A DNA stretch of 64,000 nucleotides. Origin: Meiothermus sp. GTDB lineage: Bacteria; Deinococcota; Deinococci; Deinococcales; Thermaceae. A program made the translations under genes and the position numbers. Of this stretch, positions 10,170 to 21,363 are shown in pieces. The first letter of the stretch is position 1; the number at the start of each line of letters is the position of its first letter. Where the stretch lies: positions 32,001 to 96,000 of the forward strand of contig JANRLD010000115.1 in NCBI GenBank assembly GCA_033762915.1, written 5' to 3'. The notes below the pieces were generated by a model. The model was not told the DNA's origin, did no database searches, and saw only the letters and a list, made by a program, of their open reading frames with translations.

Positions 10170-11437
10170 ACGGAATTCTGGTGTACGGGCTGGGCCGCAG
10201 CGGCCTCGGGGTGCTGGGATATCTCAAGCAGCACGCCGTCACCGCGCACTTCTACGACGACCGCCTTCTTGCGGAAGAGGCGGCCAAGGCTCAGTCGCTG
10301 GGTTTCCAGCCCGACACCGATTTGTCCGGCAGCTACCGTCAGGTCATCGCCGCCCCCGGCGTGCCCATCGACCACCCCAACCTGCTTAGACTCAGGGCAG
10401 CTGGCGCGGAAGTCATCGGTGAGGCCGAGCTGGTGTACCGCAGCTCCAAAACCCCCATCATCGGCATCACCGGCACCGCAGGCAAGACCAGTTGCACCCT
10501 CTTCACCGCGCACTTCCTTAAGGCACTTGGCTTCGCCGCCGCCGTGGGGGGCAACATAGACCCGCCGCTGGCCAGCGTGGTGGACGAGGCCGAGGTAGTC
10601 TCTACCGAGCTGAGCAGTTTCCAGCTCGAGCGCGTGGTCAGCTTCCGACCGAGGGTCGCAGTGTTGCTGATGCTGGGGGTGGATCACCTGGACCGGCACG
10701 GGTCGCTGGAGGCCTACCACGCCGCCAAGTTCAACCTGATCAAGAACCTCACCGCCGAAGACGCGCTGGTCTACAACGCGAGAGACTCGAGGATCGTCGC
10801 AGGCATCCGCGGCAACCCCGCCAAACTCCACCCCTTTGAGCCGGCCGACAACCCCAGAGAAACCAACCTGCGGGCGGCAGAACAAGCCGCAATCGCCTAC
10901 GCCGAAATCGTCCGGCGCGAGCAGCCACAGCGGGCTCTCGACCTGAGACCCGAGACCTTCGACCTTCGGCCACACTGGAAGACTGCGCCCCACCCCGAGG
11001 CCCGCTACGAACTCTTCGCCAAGATCGGCGGCCTGAGCTTTATTGACGACTCCATCGCGACCCGCATCGACGCGGTGCGGATGGCCCTCGAGGCCGCCCC
11101 CGCCCCGGTGGGATGGATCCTGGGCGGCGTAGACAAGGGCGCGCCAGCCGAGGAGCTAAGGGCGCTGGTGGCGCAAAAGGTGGGGCTCATTTTCGCCATC
11201 GGCCGAGACGGGGCCAAGCTGGCCGAGCCGTTCGGGGGCCTCAGCGAAATCGTCGAGATTGCCGAGAAGGACGGGCGGAAAGCCCTCGAGCAAGTCGTGG
11301 AAATCGCGAAGGCAAGACTCGAGGGCGGCAGCGTACTGCTGGCCCCGCTGGCCACCTCGTTCGACCAGTTCAAGGACTACAAAGACCGCTCCAAGGTCTT
11401 CCGCGAGGTGGTCAAGGCGGCGGGAGGGAAGCCATGA
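10166..11437 (+). CDS. murD: UDP-MurNAc-L-Ala:D-Glu ligase
   Basis: GLGRSG, GITGTAGKT, ELSSFQL, DHLDRH, DDSIAT, SFDQFKDY. Confidence 0.93.
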   Translation: MNGILVYGLGRSGLGVLGYLKQHAVTAHFYDDRLLAEEAAKAQSLGFQPDTDLSGSYRQVIAAPGVPIDHPNLLRLRAAGAEVIGEAELVYRSSKTPIIGITGTAGKTSCTLFTAHFLKALGFAAAVGGNIDPPLASVVDEAEVVSTELSSFQLERVVSFRPRVAVLLMLGVDHLDRHGSLEAYHAAKFNLIKNLTAEDALVYNARDSRIVAGIRGNPAKLHPFEPADNPRETNLRAAEQAAIAYAEIVRREQPQRALDLRPETFDLRPHWKTAPHPEARYELFAKIGGLSFIDDSIATRIDAVRMALEAAPAPVGWILGGVDKGAPAEELRALVAQKVGLIFAIGRDGAKLAEPFGGLSEIVEIAEKDGRKALEQVVEIAKARLEGGSVLLAPLATSFDQFKDYKDRSKVFREVVKAAGGKP

Positions 11438-11565
11438 AGCCACATACGGGCGAGGCAAGGGCAGGGAGAGAGGAAGGGACCGCAAGATGGGTGGGGTTAC
11501 CTGCTCTGTCCTCCTCGCCCCTTGCCCCTTCCTGCGGTACGGATTTTCACCACGAGGGAACATAA

Positions 11566-12915
11566 ATGGACCCCATACTCCTCCTCTCCCAATTTCTCCT
11601 CTACGCCCTCTCCGCGCTGGGGATTGCGGCCTCGGACTCGATGCCGGAGTTCAGCGGCGACCGCGAACACCTGTTCATCCACCTGCTGCGCATCGGGATT
11701 GCGCTGGCGGTGATGTTCGTGGTCTCGAGGGTCAGGCCCGACTGGGTAGTGCGGGGGGCGCGGGCGCTGTTCGTACTCACGCTGGCGCTGCTGGTGCTGG
11801 TGCTGTTCATCGGCGAGGGGCCTGCAGGGGTGCGGCGCTGGATCGACATCCCGGGGATTCCCTTCGACTTCCAGCCCTCCGAGCTGGCCAAGCTGACAGT
11901 GGTGCTCTACCTAGCGGCCTTCTTCCACAACAAGCCCACCGACTACCCCGTACTCGGCCCCATCATCGCGATCAGCGTGGCGGCGGGCCTGGTGATCATC
12001 GAGCCGGATTTCGACACCGGGCTTTTCATCCTGTTGCTGGCGGGCTTCATGCTGGTGGTGATCGGGGTGCCGTGGCGGCGGCTGCTGGCCATCGGGGTGG
12101 CGGCCTGGGTGATCGCGCTGAGCTTCTCGGGGTTGTATCTCGACCGCTTCCAGTACGTGCGCGACCGCTTCGAGAACTGGCTCTCCTACCAGCGCGGCGA
12201 CTTCGCCGACTACGAGCAGATCCTGCGCAGGATCCAGTTTAACCAGCTGTCCTCAGTCAGCCCAGAAGAGCGCTCCCAACTGCTGCACTTCCTCCAGATC
12301 AACCGCGACATCTTCAAGAAAATCGGCCGCGTCGATCCCCAGGTCTCGGAGAAGATAGACCTGACCAGCACTGCCACCATGGTGGCGAGCCTCCAGGCCC
12401 ACCCGGCCATCAGCCAGCAGATCGTGCAGCAGATGCGCGACGCCTTCTACCAGATCGCCCAGGGCCAGAAGCTGATGCTCAAGGCCGGGGTGTTCGGGCA
12501 GGGAGCGGGCGCGACCATGCCGCACCGCCTGCCCGAGGGCCACAACGACATGATCTTTGCCTCGATTGTGTGGGCGGGCGGCTGGCTGGCCGGGCTGATG
12601 GTGATCTTCGGCTTCGCCATGATCCTAGCCCGCAGCCTGCAGATCGCCGCCCGCCTTCAGGGCTCCAAGTCGGTGATGGCGGTGGGGCTGATGGGCTACC
12701 TAGTGCTCCAGGCCGCCATAAACATCGGCGTGGTGATCGGCTTCCTGCCGGTCTCGGGCTCGCCCCTGCCTTTTGTCAGCTACGGCGGCAGCGCCATGCT
12801 GGTCTCGGCCATCGCGCTGGGCCTCCTGCACGCGCTCTCCCGCGAGGCGTTCGCAGGCGGGGAGGACGAGGAAGCGGGGGCTGGGCGCAAGGCGGCGAGG
12901 GGAGTCCAGGGATGA
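11566..12915 (+). CDS. ftsW: SEDS peptidoglycan polymerase FtsW with a long loop insertion
   Basis: RRWI, FQPSELAK, EPDF, LPEGHND.IF, LPFVSYGGS. Confidence 0.9.
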   Translation: MDPILLLSQFLLYALSALGIAASDSMPEFSGDREHLFIHLLRIGIALAVMFVVSRVRPDWVVRGARALFVLTLALLVLVLFIGEGPAGVRRWIDIPGIPFDFQPSELAKLTVVLYLAAFFHNKPTDYPVLGPIIAISVAAGLVIIEPDFDTGLFILLLAGFMLVVIGVPWRRLLAIGVAAWVIALSFSGLYLDRFQYVRDRFENWLSYQRGDFADYEQILRRIQFNQLSSVSPEERSQLLHFLQINRDIFKKIGRVDPQVSEKIDLTSTATMVASLQAHPAISQQIVQQMRDAFYQIAQGQKLMLKAGVFGQGAGATMPHRLPEGHNDMIFASIVWAGGWLAGLMVIFGFAMILARSLQIAARLQGSKSVMAVGLMGYLVLQAAINIGVVIGFLPVSGSPLPFVSYGGSAMLVSAIALGLLHALSREAFAGGEDEEAGAGRKAARGVQG

Positions 12916-13009
12916 AGAGCAGCGGAAGGGGGAAGGGGCAAGCGGCAAAGAGAACCCACAGGGTTCATGTTGCCGACCTCTCTTTCCTCGCCCCCGGAGA
13001 GGAGGGCCG

Positions 13010-14047
13010 GTGGTGATCGTCACCGGCGGCGGCACCGGGGGCCACTTTTATCCGGGCCTCGCGGCGGCTCGAGCCCTGATAGAGCTGGGCCAACCGGTGA
13101 CATATGTGGGGGCCCGGGGGGGAATTGAGGAGCGGGCCTTGCCGGATTCGGGGCTGCCGCACCGGATTATTCCGGCGGGGAAGTTCTCGAGGGAGGCCCT
13201 ACGCCCCGGCGAGGGGCTAAAGCTGGTCTCGGGGCTGTGGCACGGGTGGAAGGCGGTGCGCGAACTCCAGCCCCGGGCCATCCTGAGCATGGGCGGGTAC
13301 GCGGGCTTTCCGGCAGCCTTCATGGGGGCACTGGCGGGCGTGCCGACGGTGGTTCACGAGCAGAACGCCAAGCTGGGCATCGCCAGCAAGGTGCTGGCCC
13401 GGCAGGCCCGAAAAGTCCTGCTCTCCACTCCAATAGACACGGGTGCACTGATGGCCAAGACCCAGGTGGTCGGGTATCCGGTGCGCGAACAGCGGGCGGA
13501 CAAGGCCGGGGCTAAGCAACAGCTGGGCCTCGATCCCGCACGCCCGGCCGTCTTCGTGATGGGCGGCAGCCAAGGCTCCAAGGAGCTCAACGACCGCCTG
13601 CCCGAGCGGCTGTACCCGCTCCTGGAGCAGGGCTGGCAGGTGCTGCACCAGTGCGGCCGGCGGTGGGAGGGGGAACTTCAGCCCAAGGCCAGGCCGCACT
13701 ACCAGATTCGGGGCTATGTGGACACCGTGCTGGCCTGGAGCGCAGCGGAGTTCGCCATCACCAGGGGCGGCGCGGGCACCCTGGCCGAGGCCGCCTATCA
13801 CAGCGTCCCGGTGCTGGGCGTGCCGCTGAGCGCCGACCTCGACAGCGGGGCGCAGCGGGCCAATGTGGGCTTCTACGCCGCCGCGGGCGCGGCGCGAATG
13901 CTGGGCGACTGGTCGCGCTTTCATGATGAACTTAATGCCCTGCTCGACCCCTCCACAAGAGCCGTCATGCGGGATAGACTTGCGGGGTTGTCGCCCGCAG
14001 GGGCCGCCCGGCGGCTGGCCCAGGTGGTGCTGGAGGTGATGACGTGA
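13010..14047 (+). CDS. murG: Lipid I GlcNAc transferase
   Basis: TGGGTGGH.YP, GGY, HEQN, GGSQGS, RGGAGT. Confidence 0.95.
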   Translation: MVIVTGGGTGGHFYPGLAAARALIELGQPVTYVGARGGIEERALPDSGLPHRIIPAGKFSREALRPGEGLKLVSGLWHGWKAVRELQPRAILSMGGYAGFPAAFMGALAGVPTVVHEQNAKLGIASKVLARQARKVLLSTPIDTGALMAKTQVVGYPVREQRADKAGAKQQLGLDPARPAVFVMGGSQGSKELNDRLPERLYPLLEQGWQVLHQCGRRWEGELQPKARPHYQIRGYVDTVLAWSAAEFAITRGGAGTLAEAAYHSVPVLGVPLSADLDSGAQRANVGFYAAAGAARMLGDWSRFHDELNALLDPSTRAVMRDRLAGLSPAGAARRLAQVVLEVMT

Positions 14048-15408
14048 GGCACTACCATTTGATGGGCATCGGGGGCATCGGCCAGTCCGGCCTGGCCCGC
14101 ATTCTCAGGCACGACGGACATCGCGTCAGCGGCTGTGATCAAACCTTAAGTCCGCTCACTCGAGAGCTCGAGTACGAGGGCATCCGGGTGATGGAGGGGC
14201 ATAGCCCCGAACACCTCGAGGGCGTGGACGTGCTGGTGGCCTCCACCGGCATTCCCGACGCCAACCCCGAACTGGCCCAGGCCCGCCTGCTGGGCCTGCC
14301 GGTGCGGCGCCGCATCGAGGTGGTGGCGGAGATCCTCTCGAGGGGCTACAGCCTAGGCGTGACCGGCTCGCACGGCAAGTCAAGCACCTCGGCCATGCTG
14401 GCCAGCATCTTCCTGCCCACAGACCCCACCGTGCTGCTGGGCGCGGAACTCGGCCTGATCGGCGGCAACGCCCGGCCTGGCAGCGGCCCCTTCCGCATTG
14501 CCGAGGTCGACGAGTCCGACCCGCTGTTTCAGTTCCTGCAGCTCGACGTCGCAGTCGTCACCAACCTCGAGGCCGACCACGTGTCCCCCGACGGCAAGCC
14601 GCGCCCCAACTACCACACCTCCTATCAGGCGCTACAAGACGCAGTCGGGTCGTTCGCCTCGAGGGCCGGTACGGTCGTGTACAACGCCGCGAAACGGTGG
14701 GCACTGCTCGAGCAGCTGACCCGCGGGACCGACCGCGTGGGCTTCGGAATCGGGGTGGGCGAGTGCCAGGCCAACAACCTCGAGCTGCGCCCCTTCGACA
14801 GCCGCTTCGACCTCTTCTGGCACGGCCAGAACCTGGGCCAGATCGCGCTACAGGTTCCCGGCGAGCACAACGTCGAGAACGCCCTGGCCGCCGCCGCCGC
14901 CGCGCTCGTCGCGGGGCTCTCGTTCGCCGAGGTCCAGGCCGGGCTGGCCCGGTACACGGGTGCCGGAAGACGCTTCGAAAAGGTCGGGGAACTCAACGGG
15001 GCGGTGGTGGTGGACGACTACGCCCATAACGGCGCCAAGCTGTTCGCGCTGCTCAAGGCCGCCCGCAACACCGGCCTCAAGGTGCGCGCGGTGTTCCAAC
15101 CCCACCGCTACGGGCGCAGCGAGCAGGAGTGGCCGCTCTACGCCGAAGCCCTCGAGCAGGCCGACGAGGTACTGATCCTCGACGTGTACGCCTCGAGCGA
15201 AAAGCCCCTCAAGCTCACCAGCCGTCAGATCGTCACCAATATCGTCGATCACCTCCACCAGACCGGACACCCGGCCCGACACGCCACCTGGGACGAGACC
15301 CTGGCCCACCTCCGCGCCACCGCCCAGACCGGCGACCTGATCCTGACCATCGGCGCAGGCAGCGTCTCGCAGCTCGGGCGGCAGTTGGCGGGCAAGGAGA
15401 CGGCATGA
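14044..15408 (+). CDS. murC: UDP-MurNAc:L-Ala ligase
   Basis: MGIGGIG.SGLA, GSHGKSST, EVDESD, DDYAH, FQPHRY. Confidence 0.95.
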   Translation: MRHYHLMGIGGIGQSGLARILRHDGHRVSGCDQTLSPLTRELEYEGIRVMEGHSPEHLEGVDVLVASTGIPDANPELAQARLLGLPVRRRIEVVAEILSRGYSLGVTGSHGKSSTSAMLASIFLPTDPTVLLGAELGLIGGNARPGSGPFRIAEVDESDPLFQFLQLDVAVVTNLEADHVSPDGKPRPNYHTSYQALQDAVGSFASRAGTVVYNAAKRWALLEQLTRGTDRVGFGIGVGECQANNLELRPFDSRFDLFWHGQNLGQIALQVPGEHNVENALAAAAAALVAGLSFAEVQAGLARYTGAGRRFEKVGELNGAVVVDDYAHNGAKLFALLKAARNTGLKVRAVFQPHRYGRSEQEWPLYAEALEQADEVLILDVYASSEKPLKLTSRQIVTNIVDHLHQTGHPARHATWDETLAHLRATAQTGDLILTIGAGSVSQLGRQLAGKETA

Positions 15409-16220
15409 ACGTCCGACGACTCCCCCTGTCCAAGCTCACCACAATTGGCGTGGGGGGCGAGGCCGAGGTGTGGACGGTGGAGACGGCGGCGGACTTGCGG
15501 GAGGCCACCAAGGCCCCTTACCGAGTGCTGGGCAACGGCTCGAACCTGCTGGTGGCAGACGCCGGCGTGAGGGAGCGGGTGATCCGGCTGGGGGGCGAGT
15601 TCGCTTCCTGGAACAAAGACTTGAGCGGCTGGGTGGGGGCAGCGGCGCTGGTGCCTACCCTGTTGCAGGCCTCAGCGAAGCTGGGGCTGAGCGGCCTCGA
15701 GGGGCTGCACGGAGTGCCCGCGCAGGTCGGCGGAGCGGTCAAGATGAATGCCGGGACGCGCCACGGCGAGATGGCCGACGCGCTCGAGGCGGTCGAGCTG
15801 TTCGTGGGCGGCGAGCTCAGGCAGTACGCGCCCTCCGAGCTGGGCTTCCGCTACCGCCACTCCGAGCTGCCCGCGGGGGCCATTGTGACCCGGGTCAAGC
15901 TCAGGCTGACCCCCAGGGGCGAAGAGGCCGTGCGGGCCAAGATCGCGCTGGTGGACGCCGCGAGAAAGGGCCAGCCCAAAAAGAAGTCGGCGGGCTGCGC
16001 CTTCAAGAACCCGCAGGGCGACTCGGCGGGCCGACTCATTGACGTGAGTGGCCTGAAGGGAACGACCGTCGGCAGGGCCATGATCAGCCACGAGCACGGC
16101 AACTTTCTGGTCAACCTCGGTGGCGCGACCGCCGCCGAGATGTATGCGCTAATCCGCAAGGTGCAGGGCCTGCTGCCGCTGGAAGTGGAGTGGGAGATTT
16201 GGGGGGAGATACAGCCATGA
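15405..16220 (+). CDS. murB: UDP-GlcNAc-enolpyruvate reductase
   Basis: GNGSNLL, GGAVKMNAG, SAGCAFKNP, HGNFLVN.G. Confidence 0.93.
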   Translation: MNVRRLPLSKLTTIGVGGEAEVWTVETAADLREATKAPYRVLGNGSNLLVADAGVRERVIRLGGEFASWNKDLSGWVGAAALVPTLLQASAKLGLSGLEGLHGVPAQVGGAVKMNAGTRHGEMADALEAVELFVGGELRQYAPSELGFRYRHSELPAGAIVTRVKLRLTPRGEEAVRAKIALVDAARKGQPKKKSAGCAFKNPQGDSAGRLIDVSGLKGTTVGRAMISHEHGNFLVNLGGATAAEMYALIRKVQGLLPLEVEWEIWGEIQP

Positions 16221-16651
16221 GCCAAGCGCAATTAGCAGTGAGCGGTATGGCTTCGGGTGCCCGCCCTCTGTTGCCCGGGCGTGGGGGGCGGCCGGTCGGT
16301 CCGACTGTGGGCCCAAACGGAGGCGGTGAGTATGGGGCCTTTTCTCGAGCCCCCGTCTACAACTTTTCCACGGCTTTTGGCTAGTCTCGCAATGATTCGT
16401 TTCCCAGGGCGGGGCACAACTGAGGACGGGGCAGCGAGGGCGGAGGTGGAGATGACGAGAGAGGTAAGAGGGAATAGAAGAGCGGAACAGCCCGCAGAGG
16501 CAGTAGTCAGGGGGCAGGGATTAAGCCGGCCTTCCGCCCCTTGCTTGTTCCCGGTTCCCGGTTGTCCGTCGACCGCCCCCGCGGGCTGCCGCCCAGCGCA
16601 AGCTCCGCCCGCCCGCCGACTATCCGGCTCGCCGCTCCCCAGGAGGCCCGC

Positions 16652-17293
16652 ATGGCAGTAAGACTCGTCCTTGCTTTCCTTTTCCTCTCCACCCTGGGGA
16701 TCGCCTCCTACGTGCTCTTCCCCATCGAAAAGGTCGAGGTGGTGGGGAATCAGCAGCTGTCTGCCGCGCAGGTGAGGCGGATCACTGGCATCGAGCGCGA
16801 CACCCCTTGGCTGTGGACGTGGGTTCACAAGCTGAGACCGCTCGAGGCCAACCCGTGGGTGGTTGAGTCCCGCCTCGAGCGCCCCGCGATCGCCCAGGCC
16901 CGTATCGTGCTGCGCGAGCGCACCTCGGTGGCCAACATCGTGGTAGGGGGGCAGCGGATGGGGCTCAGCGCAGACGGAAAATTGCTGCCCGGCGCACCGC
17001 CGCAGAGGCCCCTGCTGCAAGGCACCGGAGAACGCCCGCTGGACGACCTGCTGGCCCTGATCCGGCTGTTCCCCCAGGCCGAGCGCATCGGCTACGACCG
17101 CTCGGGATACCGCGTTGTAACGCCAACCTTTACAGTGTGGGGGCAGAGTGTCAAGCAGTTGCAAGATTGGGCAAAAAAGCCGAGAATAACAAGTCGTGAA
17201 ACACAGGTCGCGAGCACCGCTGGAACCGATCCCAAGCCAGCCATGCCCGCCTCGATTAATGTGTATTCGTGGGGGGTGAGCGTTCGCCAATGA
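16652..17293 (+). CDS. ftsQ: FtsQ/DivIB family protein
   Basis: TM helix plus POTRA-like segment (IEKVEVVGNQQLS); precedes ftsA; RBS AGGAGG. Confidence 0.8.
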   Translation: MAVRLVLAFLFLSTLGIASYVLFPIEKVEVVGNQQLSAAQVRRITGIERDTPWLWTWVHKLRPLEANPWVVESRLERPAIAQARIVLRERTSVANIVVGGQRMGLSADGKLLPGAPPQRPLLQGTGERPLDDLLALIRLFPQAERIGYDRSGYRVVTPTFTVWGQSVKQLQDWAKKPRITSRETQVASTAGTDPKPAMPASINVYSWGVSVRQ

Positions 17294-18576
17294 TCATCGT
17301 CGGCCTAGATGTGGGAACCACTAAAGTGACTGCTGTCATCGGCGAGCTGTCGTCGGACGGTATCCTCGACATTATCGGCGAGGGGACCGTGCCCTCGCAG
17401 GGGATGCGCCGGGGCGTGGTCACTAACCTCGAGCGCACCTCCGAGGCCATCCGCCAGGCCGTCTTCCAGGCCGAGCGGGTGGCGGGCGTCAAGGCCGAGC
17501 GGGCCTACGTGGGGGTGGCCGGGGCGCACGTCAAGAGCGTCACCAGCCACGGCCTGGCGGCCATCCGGCGCGGCCAGCAGATCGCTACCCTGGACGTCGA
17601 GCGGGCCATCGAGCAGGCCAAGGCCTACCCCTTCGAGGGCGACTTTGAGCTGATCCACGCCTTGCCCCTCGACTACAAGGTGGACGGCCAGGAGGGCATC
17701 CGCGACCCGGTGGGGATGGCGGGGGTGAGGCTAGAGGTGGACGTCCACCTCGTCGCGGGCTCCAAAGGCCCCCTGACCAACCTGCGCAAGGCGGTAGAGG
17801 ACGCGGGCCTCAGCATCGAAGGACTGGTGCTCCAGTCGTACGCCTCGGGCCTGGCCACGCTGGCCGCCGAGGAGGCCTCCATGACGGTGATGCTGGTGGA
17901 TGTGGGCGGCGGTACCACCGACGTGGCGGTCTTCCGCCAAAGCCGACTCGCGCACTCCGCCGTTATCCCGTTGGGCGGCGACCACGTGGCCCAGGACATC
18001 GCCAAGCTGCTGCAAATCCCGGTCGAGGAGGCCGAACGGGTATCCAAGAAGTACGGGGCTGCGCTGCCCGAGCTGGCCGACCCCGAGTTGGTGCTCGAGC
18101 TGTCGCCCGAAGGCACCACCTACCAGGCCGCCGAGCTGGCCCGCATCATCCGCCCGCGCCTGCGCGAGATCCTGCACCTGGCCCGGCAGAGCGTAGACGA
18201 GGCCCTGGGGCCGCTCGAGATCACCGTGGGTAAAGTTATCGTGACCGGCGGCACTGCCATGATCCGGGGCTTCGAGGAGTTGGCCCGCAAACAGTTCAAC
18301 CTTCCGGTTCGGATGGGCAAGCCCATTGGTGTACAGGGCCTGACCGACGTGGTAGCATCCCCAACGCACGCGACTGCCGTGGGCCTGGTACGCCACGCAG
18401 CGATGCTCTCGGCCCACCAGGCCCAGGGCCGCGGGAGCCGTGCCCCCAGGGTCAGGCACAACACCAACCCGGGCACCCCGCCCCGCCCCGTGGTGGCGCT
18501 CAACACCGAGCGCGCGGGCGAGGCGGCCAGCGGGCTGTGGGAGCGGATCAAGGGAATGTTCAAGAACTTTTTCTAA
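17290..18576 (+). CDS. ftsA: Cell division protein FtsA
   Basis: [29 protein letters not shown]. Confidence 0.95.
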   Translation: MIIVGLDVGTTKVTAVIGELSSDGILDIIGEGTVPSQGMRRGVVTNLERTSEAIRQAVFQAERVAGVKAERAYVGVAGAHVKSVTSHGLAAIRRGQQIATLDVERAIEQAKAYPFEGDFELIHALPLDYKVDGQEGIRDPVGMAGVRLEVDVHLVAGSKGPLTNLRKAVEDAGLSIEGLVLQSYASGLATLAAEEASMTVMLVDVGGGTTDVAVFRQSRLAHSAVIPLGGDHVAQDIAKLLQIPVEEAERVSKKYGAALPELADPELVLELSPEGTTYQAAELARIIRPRLREILHLARQSVDEALGPLEITVGKVIVTGGTAMIRGFEELARKQFNLPVRMGKPIGVQGLTDVVASPTHATAVGLVRHAAMLSAHQAQGRGSRAPRVRHNTNPGTPPRPVVALNTERAGEAASGLWERIKGMFKNFF

Positions 18577-18616
18577 CTGTGCCCGGGATAGGCTATCTGG
18601 GGCGAGGAGTGACGGC

Positions 18617-19687
18617 ATGGGGGACGTTCAAATCAAAGTAATCGGCTTAGGCGGTGCGGGTAACAACGCGGTTAACCGCATGATCGAGTCAGGCCTTTCC
18701 GGCGTGGAGTTTGTGGCCGGTAACACCGACGCGCAGGTCCTGACCAGCAGCCTGGCCGACGTTCGCATTCAACTGGGCGATAAACTGACCCGCGGCCTGG
18801 GCGCGGGGGCCAACCCCGAGATCGGCGAGAAGGCCGCCCAGGAGGCCGAGGAGCTGATCAGCGAGTACCTCGAGGGCGCGGACATGGTCTTCATCACCGC
18901 CGGGATGGGGGGCGGGACGGGGACAGGCAGTGCTCCGGTGGTGGCCCAGATCGCCAAGGAGATGGGCGCCCTGACGGTGGGCGTGGTCACGCGCCCCTTC
19001 ACCTGGGAAGGCCCGCGCCGCCTGCGCTCCGCCGAGGAGGGCATCAAGCGGCTGCGTGAGCAGGTGGACGCGATGGTGGTGGTCTCCAACGACCGGCTGC
19101 TCAACTCGCTGGACAAGAAGGTGACCGCCAAGGACGCCTTCGTGATCGCCGACCGTGTGCTCTACCACGGCGTCAAGGGCATCACCGACGTGATCAACCT
19201 GCCTGGCCAGATCAACCTCGACTTTGCCGACGTGCGCACCCTCCTCACCGGGGCGGGCCAGGTTCTGATGGGCATCGGGGCGGGCCGGGGCGAGAACAAG
19301 GTACTCGAGGCCGCCCAGTCCGCCATCCAGAGCCCCCTGCTCGATCGCTCGATAGACGGCGCGCGCAAGCTTCTGGTCAATGTAGTTGGCGACGAGAATA
19401 TCAGCCTGATGGAGGCCAGCAGCGTGGTCGAGCACATCCGCGAGGCCACCGGCATGGAAGACGTAGACGTGCTCTACGGCCTCAACTACGACCCCCGTGC
19501 CCAGGACGAGATGCGGGTGATCCTGATCGCCAGCGGCTTCAACGAGAGCTCGGTCTCGGTCAAGCCCGGCGGCCTCCGCACTCCGGTGATCGACTACCCC
19601 GCCGCCAACGTGGACGTGGGCAACTTCGACATCCCGGCCTTCATCCGCTACGGCGACGGGGACTACCCGCCCAAGCGGGGAAACTGA
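18617..19687 (+). CDS. ftsZ: Cell division protein FtsZ
   Basis: [35 protein letters not shown]-terminal DIPAFIR. Confidence 0.98.
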   Translation: MGDVQIKVIGLGGAGNNAVNRMIESGLSGVEFVAGNTDAQVLTSSLADVRIQLGDKLTRGLGAGANPEIGEKAAQEAEELISEYLEGADMVFITAGMGGGTGTGSAPVVAQIAKEMGALTVGVVTRPFTWEGPRRLRSAEEGIKRLREQVDAMVVVSNDRLLNSLDKKVTAKDAFVIADRVLYHGVKGITDVINLPGQINLDFADVRTLLTGAGQVLMGIGAGRGENKVLEAAQSAIQSPLLDRSIDGARKLLVNVVGDENISLMEASSVVEHIREATGMEDVDVLYGLNYDPRAQDEMRVILIASGFNESSVSVKPGGLRTPVIDYPAANVDVGNFDIPAFIRYGDGDYPPKRGN

Positions 19688-19689
19688 TC

Positions 19690-19772
19690 GCGTTTCCCAC
19701 CATTACCTCCCATGCGGCGGCAGGTAATGTACTCCCTACAACGTTGCTGTAGGGAGTATATGTGGGAACCGC
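19690..19772 (+). repeat. Three-stem palindromic repeat, copy A
   Basis: GCGTTTCCCAC-CATTACCT..AGGTAATG-TACTCCCTACA..TGTAGGGAGTA-..GTGGGAACCGC. Confidence 0.75.
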
Positions 19773-19793
19773 TCTGAGCTACCGGTAGGTAGC

Positions 19794-19823
19794 GCCCAAG
19801 CGTAAATTCGCTTGGGCTTTTTT
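19794..19823 (+). terminator. dcw operon terminator
   Basis: GCCCAAGCG-TAAATT-CGCTTGGGC followed by T6. Confidence 0.8.
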
Positions 19824-20016
19824 CTGACTTCAAGCCCTACACGGCAACCTTGGCACCAAAGTCTGTGCCCCGCCCCGAAAACGCGGTGGGGCGTTGCGGG
19901 AAAGCAACTTACGAAGCGCTGTAATTGTCTGGATAGTTAACCCCTAAACGCCCGTAGATTATTGCGCCAGGAACGCAACTGTTGCCCCCACTGGTCTCGC
20001 AGGTTCACTCTGGCGC

Positions 20017-21111
20017 TTACGCCCGGTTGTACCTCCGCATCAACGCCAGCAACCGGTCGTGGGGAAGCGCGTGGACGACCCGCCCGTTGAGGCCGATCAT
20101 GGTCTCGGCGGCCATTAAAGCGTTAACGACCGCCTCCTCGGTGGCCTGCACCGCGGCCTTGAACAGCGCGTCCATCTGCCCTTCCGGCACGGCCCTCCAT
20201 AGGCGCAGACCGTCCGCAGCTAGGGGCTCGACCGTGCTGAACGCCAGAAAGAGGTCGCCCGAGCCGTTGTAAGCCACCGAGCCGGTGCGGGCCAGCCCCA
20301 TCGCGGCCCGCCGGGCCACCCGCTTAAGCTGGTGGGGCAGTAGCGGCGCATCGGTGGCGACCACGATGATGATCGAGCCGTCCTTGAGGTCGGGAGCCTC
20401 GGGAAGCAAATCCGGGAACTCCGGCCCCACTGGCACGCCGCAGATCGTGAGGTCGCCCCTGGCCCCATAGTTGGCCTGCACCAGCACCCCCAGGGTGTGC
20501 CCCTCGAGCCCGAACTCCCCCCCGGGGTAGGGCCGCTCGAGCCGCCTCGAGGCCGTCCCGATGCCACCCTTGAAGCCCGAGACTCGCATCCCCGTGCCCC
20601 CGCCCACGTTGCCCTCGGCCACGGGGCCGCTCGAGGCCCCGTCGAGGGCTGCCCAAACGTGCTCACGCCGGACGTGGAAGCCGTTGATGTCGTTCAGAAA
20701 GCCGTCGTAGGTCTCGGCCACCACCGGAAGGCTGAAGGCCTCACCGAAGCCGTTGGCCAGCCCCCACTCGATGGTGGCCTGATGCACCGCCCCCACGCTG
20801 TGGGTGTTGGTGCTGAGCACCGGCCCGGTCAGCAGCCCGGCCTCCTCGATCCAGTGTACGCCGGTCATCTCGCCGTTGCCATTGAGCGAGAAAAAGCCGG
20901 CCGGGAAGGAGCGCCGGTAGGAACTCTTGCCGCCGGGCAGGACGGCAGTCACGCCGGTGCGCACCGGCCCCTGTCCCACCACCAGCGGCCCCTCACCCTG
21001 GATCACGGTGGCGTGGCCGACCTCCACGCCGGGCACGTCGGTGATGGCGTTGAGAGGGCCGGGAGTGCCCTCGAAGGGGAGGCCGAGGTTGCGGGCTCGA
21101 GGCTTGGGCAT
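20017..21111 (-). CDS. DmpA / P1 family (S58) aminopeptidase
   Basis: NAITDVPGV.VGH, RTGVT, EGNVGGGTG, QANYG, G-SIIIVVATDAP autocleavage site. Confidence 0.9.
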   Translation of the reverse strand: MPKPRARNLGLPFEGTPGPLNAITDVPGVEVGHATVIQGEGPLVVGQGPVRTGVTAVLPGGKSSYRRSFPAGFFSLNGNGEMTGVHWIEEAGLLTGPVLSTNTHSVGAVHQATIEWGLANGFGEAFSLPVVAETYDGFLNDINGFHVRREHVWAALDGASSGPVAEGNVGGGTGMRVSGFKGGIGTASRRLERPYPGGEFGLEGHTLGVLVQANYGARGDLTICGVPVGPEFPDLLPEAPDLKDGSIIIVVATDAPLLPHQLKRVARRAAMGLARTGSVAYNGSGDLFLAFSTVEPLAADGLRLWRAVPEGQMDALFKAAVQATEEAVVNALMAAETMIGLNGRVVHALPHDRLLALMRRYNRA

Positions 21112-21363
21112 GGCCCAATTTACTCGAGAACAGGCCGTGGGCGGCAGCTTAGACTCCGGCAGCAGGGTGCCGGGGAAGGCCTGGGGCGCGCCGAGTGTTT
21201 CCGAGGTTGAGATATGGGCCTATGGAACCGCACGGATGGACGGGTGCGCACGCTTCCACCGGGGCACGTTTCCACAGTGTTCGGCGGTTTAGGTATCTCC
21301 GCCATTGAGCTGCGAAGTGCCGCCCAGCAGCCCGTTAGGGCATTGCGTCGGTAAGCTGCTCTC

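Noticed and set aside
16217..16384. Small ORF coupled to the murB stop
   Set aside because: Low-complexity product with atypical codons; more likely intergenic or promoter DNA for ftsQAZ
19690..19772. tRNA gene at the multi-stem repeats
   Set aside because: No GTTCRA T-loop, D-loop or CCA pattern; no tRNA or rRNA recognised anywhere in the window
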